Under the pieces are notes generated by a model. It made no database searches. It was not told the DNA's origin and was given only the letters and a program-made list of their open reading frames with translations. A program made the translations under genes and the position numbers. From positions 1,216,001-1,280,000 of the forward strand of contig CAWHFW010000005.1 in NCBI GenBank assembly GCA_963828735.1: 64,000 nucleotides of DNA, read 5' to 3'. Below, in pieces: positions 60,845 through 64,000 of the stretch (positions are counted from its first letter, which is position 1; the number at the start of each line of letters is the position of its first letter). This stretch comes from an uncultured Gemmatimonadales bacterium. GTDB taxonomy: Bacteria > Gemmatimonadota > Gemmatimonadetes > Gemmatimonadales > GWC2-71-9.

Positions 60845-62095
60845 ATGAACCGGCCGGTGATCCGGCTCGAGCGCCTTGGCAAGCAGTATCGCATCGGGCA
60901 CGCGCGCGGGGCGCGAACGCTGCGCGAGGATCTGGTGGAGATGGCCCGTCGGCTGTCCCGCGGGCGGATCACGCCACCCACCTCCACGGTCTGGGCGCTG
61001 CGGGAGGTGTCGCTCGAGGTGGAGCGCGGCGAGGTCGTCGGCATCATCGGGGGTAACGGTGCCGGCAAGAGCACGCTGCTCAAGATTCTCTCACGCGTCG
61101 TCTCCCCCACCGAGGGATGGGCGCAGATCGTGGGACGGGTCGGTTCGCTCCTCGAGGCCGGGACCGGATTTCACTCCGAGCTCACCGGGCGCGAGAACGT
61201 CTACATGAGTGGCGCCATTCTCGGCATGCGGAAGACGGAGATTGATCGCAAGTTCGACGAGATCGTCGGGTTCGCCGATATCGGTCCGTTCCTCGACACG
61301 CCGGTGAAGCGATACTCGAGCGGGATGCAGGTCCGGCTCGCATTCGCCGTGGCGGCACACCTGGAGCCCGAGGTCTTGATCGTGGACGAGGTGCTGGCGG
61401 TCGGCGACACGGAGTTCCAGAAGAAGTGCCTGGGCCGGATGCAGGACGTGGCCCGGGGCGATGGGCGGACGGTGCTCTTCGTGAGTCACAACATGGACGC
61501 GGTGCAGCGGCTCTGCAGTCGCGCCGTCCTGCTCGAGCGTGGACGCGCGGTTGCGGCCGGCCCGACGGCTGAAGTCGTGGGGCAGTATCTCGCCCGGAGC
61601 GCCGCTCCCGCCGCGGCCGGGGCCTGGATCGACCTGTCGAGCGTCGAGCGCAGCGGGAGCGGCGTCGCCACGGTGCAGCAGGCGAGCTACTGGAGCGAGG
61701 AGGGCGCCGCTGGCGGCCGGCCGTTCCCGGACGGCCCACTCACCGTCGCCCTCACCGTCGAGGTGGCCGCCGCCTGTACCATCCCGAGCCTGGCGGTGAC
61801 GTTGTACGACCTGCAGGGCACGAAGCTGGTCAATGCCGATACGATCGCGATGGGTCATACGCTTCGGCTCGGGGCGGGCACCCACAGGCTCACCCTCAGG
61901 ATCCCCGAGCTCCACCTCAATCCCGGCGTCTACCGAATGGGCTTCTGGATCGCGGGGCCCCTGGGCACCATCTACGACCTCATTCCCGACGGCTGCGAGA
62001 TCGAGATCGTCGCCTCGCACGCGACGGGGCCAGGACGGACCGCCACGGACGACGGCCTGGTGACCTGCCGTCTCGAGGTGCTTGGCACCGACTGA
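60845..62095 (+). CDS. wzt: Polysaccharide ABC exporter ATPase Wzt with C-terminal extension (Wzt_C-like)
   Basis: GGNGAGKST, YSSGMQVRLAF, DEVLAVGD, VSH, plus a ~150-aa beta-rich C-terminal domain (LNPGVY). Confidence 0.9.
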   Translation: MNRPVIRLERLGKQYRIGHARGARTLREDLVEMARRLSRGRITPPTSTVWALREVSLEVERGEVVGIIGGNGAGKSTLLKILSRVVSPTEGWAQIVGRVGSLLEAGTGFHSELTGRENVYMSGAILGMRKTEIDRKFDEIVGFADIGPFLDTPVKRYSSGMQVRLAFAVAAHLEPEVLIVDEVLAVGDTEFQKKCLGRMQDVARGDGRTVLFVSHNMDAVQRLCSRAVLLERGRAVAAGPTAEVVGQYLARSAAPAAAGAWIDLSSVERSGSGVATVQQASYWSEEGAAGGRPFPDGPLTVALTVEVAAACTIPSLAVTLYDLQGTKLVNADTIAMGHTLRLGAGTHRLTLRIPELHLNPGVYRMGFWIAGPLGTIYDLIPDGCEIEIVASHATGPGRTATDDGLVTCRLEVLGTD

Positions 62096-62102
62096 CCCTC
62101 GG

Positions 62103-63644
62103 TCACTGCCCGGCCAGGGAACGAACCTCCGCTTTCCACAGGGCCAGGAAGAGACTCCGCCGAAGCGCATCGGAGGACGGTGCGGATCCAGCATCCGCGG
62201 CGGCGTGACGGAAATCGGAGTGGCAGTGGATGAGCCAGACGAGTGCGCGAAGCGGCGTGAGATCGGCCTGACCGAGCCCGAGGGCGTGGGCGTAGCGGGC
62301 CAGGCACTCGACACGAACCGATCCGGTCGCGCTCGAGGGATCCAGTGACCGCTCGAAGGAGAGGATCCGGCTGTCCCGCTCCCAGGCGCGATCCGCGCTG
62401 AACGACGCGTACGCGAGGTAGTACAGCAGGTCGAGCGCCGGGAGCCCCTCGTCCTCGGATGACTCCCAATCCAACACCGCCAGGTCATCCGAGGCGGTGA
62501 CGAACAGGTTCCACGGTCCGAAGTCGCGCTGCTCCGGAACTGCAGGCAGGTTCCCTATCCGCCGCACGAGATCCTCGCCCCGCCGCAGAAGCCCGGAATC
62601 GACCACCGGCCCGAACGTCTCCCTGAACCGCGCGAGCGTGGGCTCGACGATCGTCGCTCGCCAGTGATCGGCCGTACGCGTCCGGGCGCCGTCGCCAAGG
62701 CCGACGAGCCACTCGGTCACCTTCCCGGACCACGACGCCAGGCTCGGGGCGTCCAGTACGGTCTCCAGCGGGCGCCCCACGATGGCGGACTCGACCACGA
62801 CTGGAACCCCGTCGATCTCGCGGTGCGCCAGGACGTGCGGCACGCCGGAGAGCTGCCGTCGTCCCATGCGCTCGAGGACCTCCGCCTCACGCCGCACCCC
62901 GGAGGCCGCTTCCTCGACTCGGGGCGCCTTCACCGCAGCCACCGGCTCCAGGCTTCGGCCGGCGAACGCCAGCAACACGACCTTGCTGACCGCGCGTGGG
63001 CCGCCGGTCACCAGGAGCAACGCGATATCGTCGGATGCGCGGCCGGACGGGAGGGAAGCCCGCACCAGTCGAATCGGGTCCGTTTCCGCGGCCGACGGCC
63101 CACCTGGACGTCGCGCGAGGGCACAGATCCTCGCCCCGGAGCTCCCTCGCGCGACATCGCTCACACGGCCGGCGGCTTCCGCCAGCAGGCGTTTGAGCCG
63201 CCCTCCTCGCAGCCGCGCACGCCCGCGCACATACGCCTCCGCAGCAGGCGAGCCGACCGGGATCCAATAGACGGGAAGGCGGGCCGAGCGAGGCCAGCGG
63301 CGGTAGCATGCCACATCCTGGAACCCGGCGGCGCGAAGCCGAGCCTCGATCGCGCCGACCTCGCCCACCTCCGATCGCCACTCGGTATAGCAGGCGCCGC
63401 CCGGGACCAACGCCGTCCACAGCTCACGCAGCGTGGCTGCATCGGGCGAGTCGGCCGTGGCGAGGTCGCAGTCCCCCTCCGCAGTGGACTCGACGACCTG
63501 GCCGCCGATCATCTCCATGGCTTCCGCCACGGATCCTCCGCCGAAGCACAGGACGCGCCGCGGACGTGGCGACGACAGCAGGAAGCGCCAGTCGATCAGC
63601 CTCAGTCGCTCGTTGCGTACCTCCTCGAGCGAGCGGTCAGGCAT
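62103..63644 (-). CDS. Methyltransferase-like / APH-type phosphotransferase fusion protein
   Basis: N-terminal RVLCFGGG...LRELWTALVPGG...LRAAGF. C-terminal AVK..R, REAEVL, RDFGPWN, LDWE, LDL. Confidence 0.7.
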   Translation of the reverse strand: MPDRSLEEVRNERLRLIDWRFLLSSPRPRRVLCFGGGSVAEAMEMIGGQVVESTAEGDCDLATADSPDAATLRELWTALVPGGACYTEWRSEVGEVGAIEARLRAAGFQDVACYRRWPRSARLPVYWIPVGSPAAEAYVRGRARLRGGRLKRLLAEAAGRVSDVARGSSGARICALARRPGGPSAAETDPIRLVRASLPSGRASDDIALLLVTGGPRAVSKVVLLAFAGRSLEPVAAVKAPRVEEAASGVRREAEVLERMGRRQLSGVPHVLAHREIDGVPVVVESAIVGRPLETVLDAPSLASWSGKVTEWLVGLGDGARTRTADHWRATIVEPTLARFRETFGPVVDSGLLRRGEDLVRRIGNLPAVPEQRDFGPWNLFVTASDDLAVLDWESSEDEGLPALDLLYYLAYASFSADRAWERDSRILSFERSLDPSSATGSVRVECLARYAHALGLGQADLTPLRALVWLIHCHSDFRHAAADAGSAPSSDALRRSLFLALWKAEVRSLAGQ

Positions 63645-64000
63645 CAGCGGCCGCCGCCTTCCGGATTACCTCGTCGTAGATCCGCATGACATCGCGCGCC
63701 GCGGCTTCGGCGGAAAAATCCTGCTCGACGCGAGTCCGGGCGGCCGCCGCCAACCTTCCGGCGAGACCCGGATCGGCTTGCAGGCGGCGAATCGCCGCCG
63801 CGAGTGCCGCGGCATCGCGCGGCGGGACCAGCAACCCCGACTTCTCGGAGGCGATGGCTTCGTCCGTGCCGCCGATGGCGGTGGCCACCACGGGGCGCTC
63901 GGCGGCCATCGCCTCGAGTACGGCCACCGGCAGTCCCTCGAACAGGGACGGCAGCACCACCAGGTCCGCGGCTGCCAGCAGGTCGGGCACGTCCGAACGT
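63637..64000 (-). CDS. GT4-family glycosyltransferase (C-terminal part; 5' end outside the window)
   Basis: ADLVVLPSLFEGLPVAVLEAMAA.RPVVAT, GLLVPP. Confidence 0.88.
   Translation of the reverse strand, partial: RSDVPDLLAAADLVVLPSLFEGLPVAVLEAMAAERPVVATAIGGTDEAIASEKSGLLVPPRDAAALAAAIRRLQADPGLAGRLAAAARTRVEQDFSAEAAARDVMRIYDEVIRKAAAADA

Noticed and set aside
62103..63644. Aminoglycoside resistance gene
   Set aside because: Only the generic APH/kinase fold is evident. The glycan-locus context and extra N-terminal domain argue against it.

Overview
High-GC bacterial chromosomal window. The gene content suggests a Gemmatimonadota-like organism, but that is inference only. In order it holds: (1) a TolC-EmrA-EmrB efflux operon; (2) a histidine kinase plus a sigma-54 activator (NtrC family); (3) a pqqABCDE operon and an ABC-2 transporter. 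The 24-aa pqqA is missing from the ORF track. Upstream of pqqA are a -24/-12 promoter and three TGGGTG-N4-CACCCA palindromes. pqqC and pqqE each carry a single +1 frameshift. (4) pruA, a PAP2 phosphatase and cutA; (5) a cheY-cheY-cheA-cheW-MCP-HEAT-cheR-cheB chemosensory operon; (6) yfcC, trxC, a GNAT gene, an acyl-ACP desaturase and yggT/yggU; (7) a SAM-II (SAM-alpha)-like riboswitch with a terminator/antiterminator platform ahead of metH and a homocysteine methyltransferase/MTHFR fusion; (8) an acyl-CoA dehydrogenase, an unassigned ~195-nt structured intergenic element, dacB, and an ECF sigma/anti-sigma pair; (9) an S8 peptidase, an OPT transporter and a peptidase/hydrolase run; (10) a PolX-PHP protein with a degenerate polymerase site, followed by nth; (11) a surface-glycan locus with GT4, GT2, GT2, GT-C, wzm, wzt and a methyltransferase-like/kinase fusion. 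I saw no CRISPR array, rRNA, tRNA or transposase.
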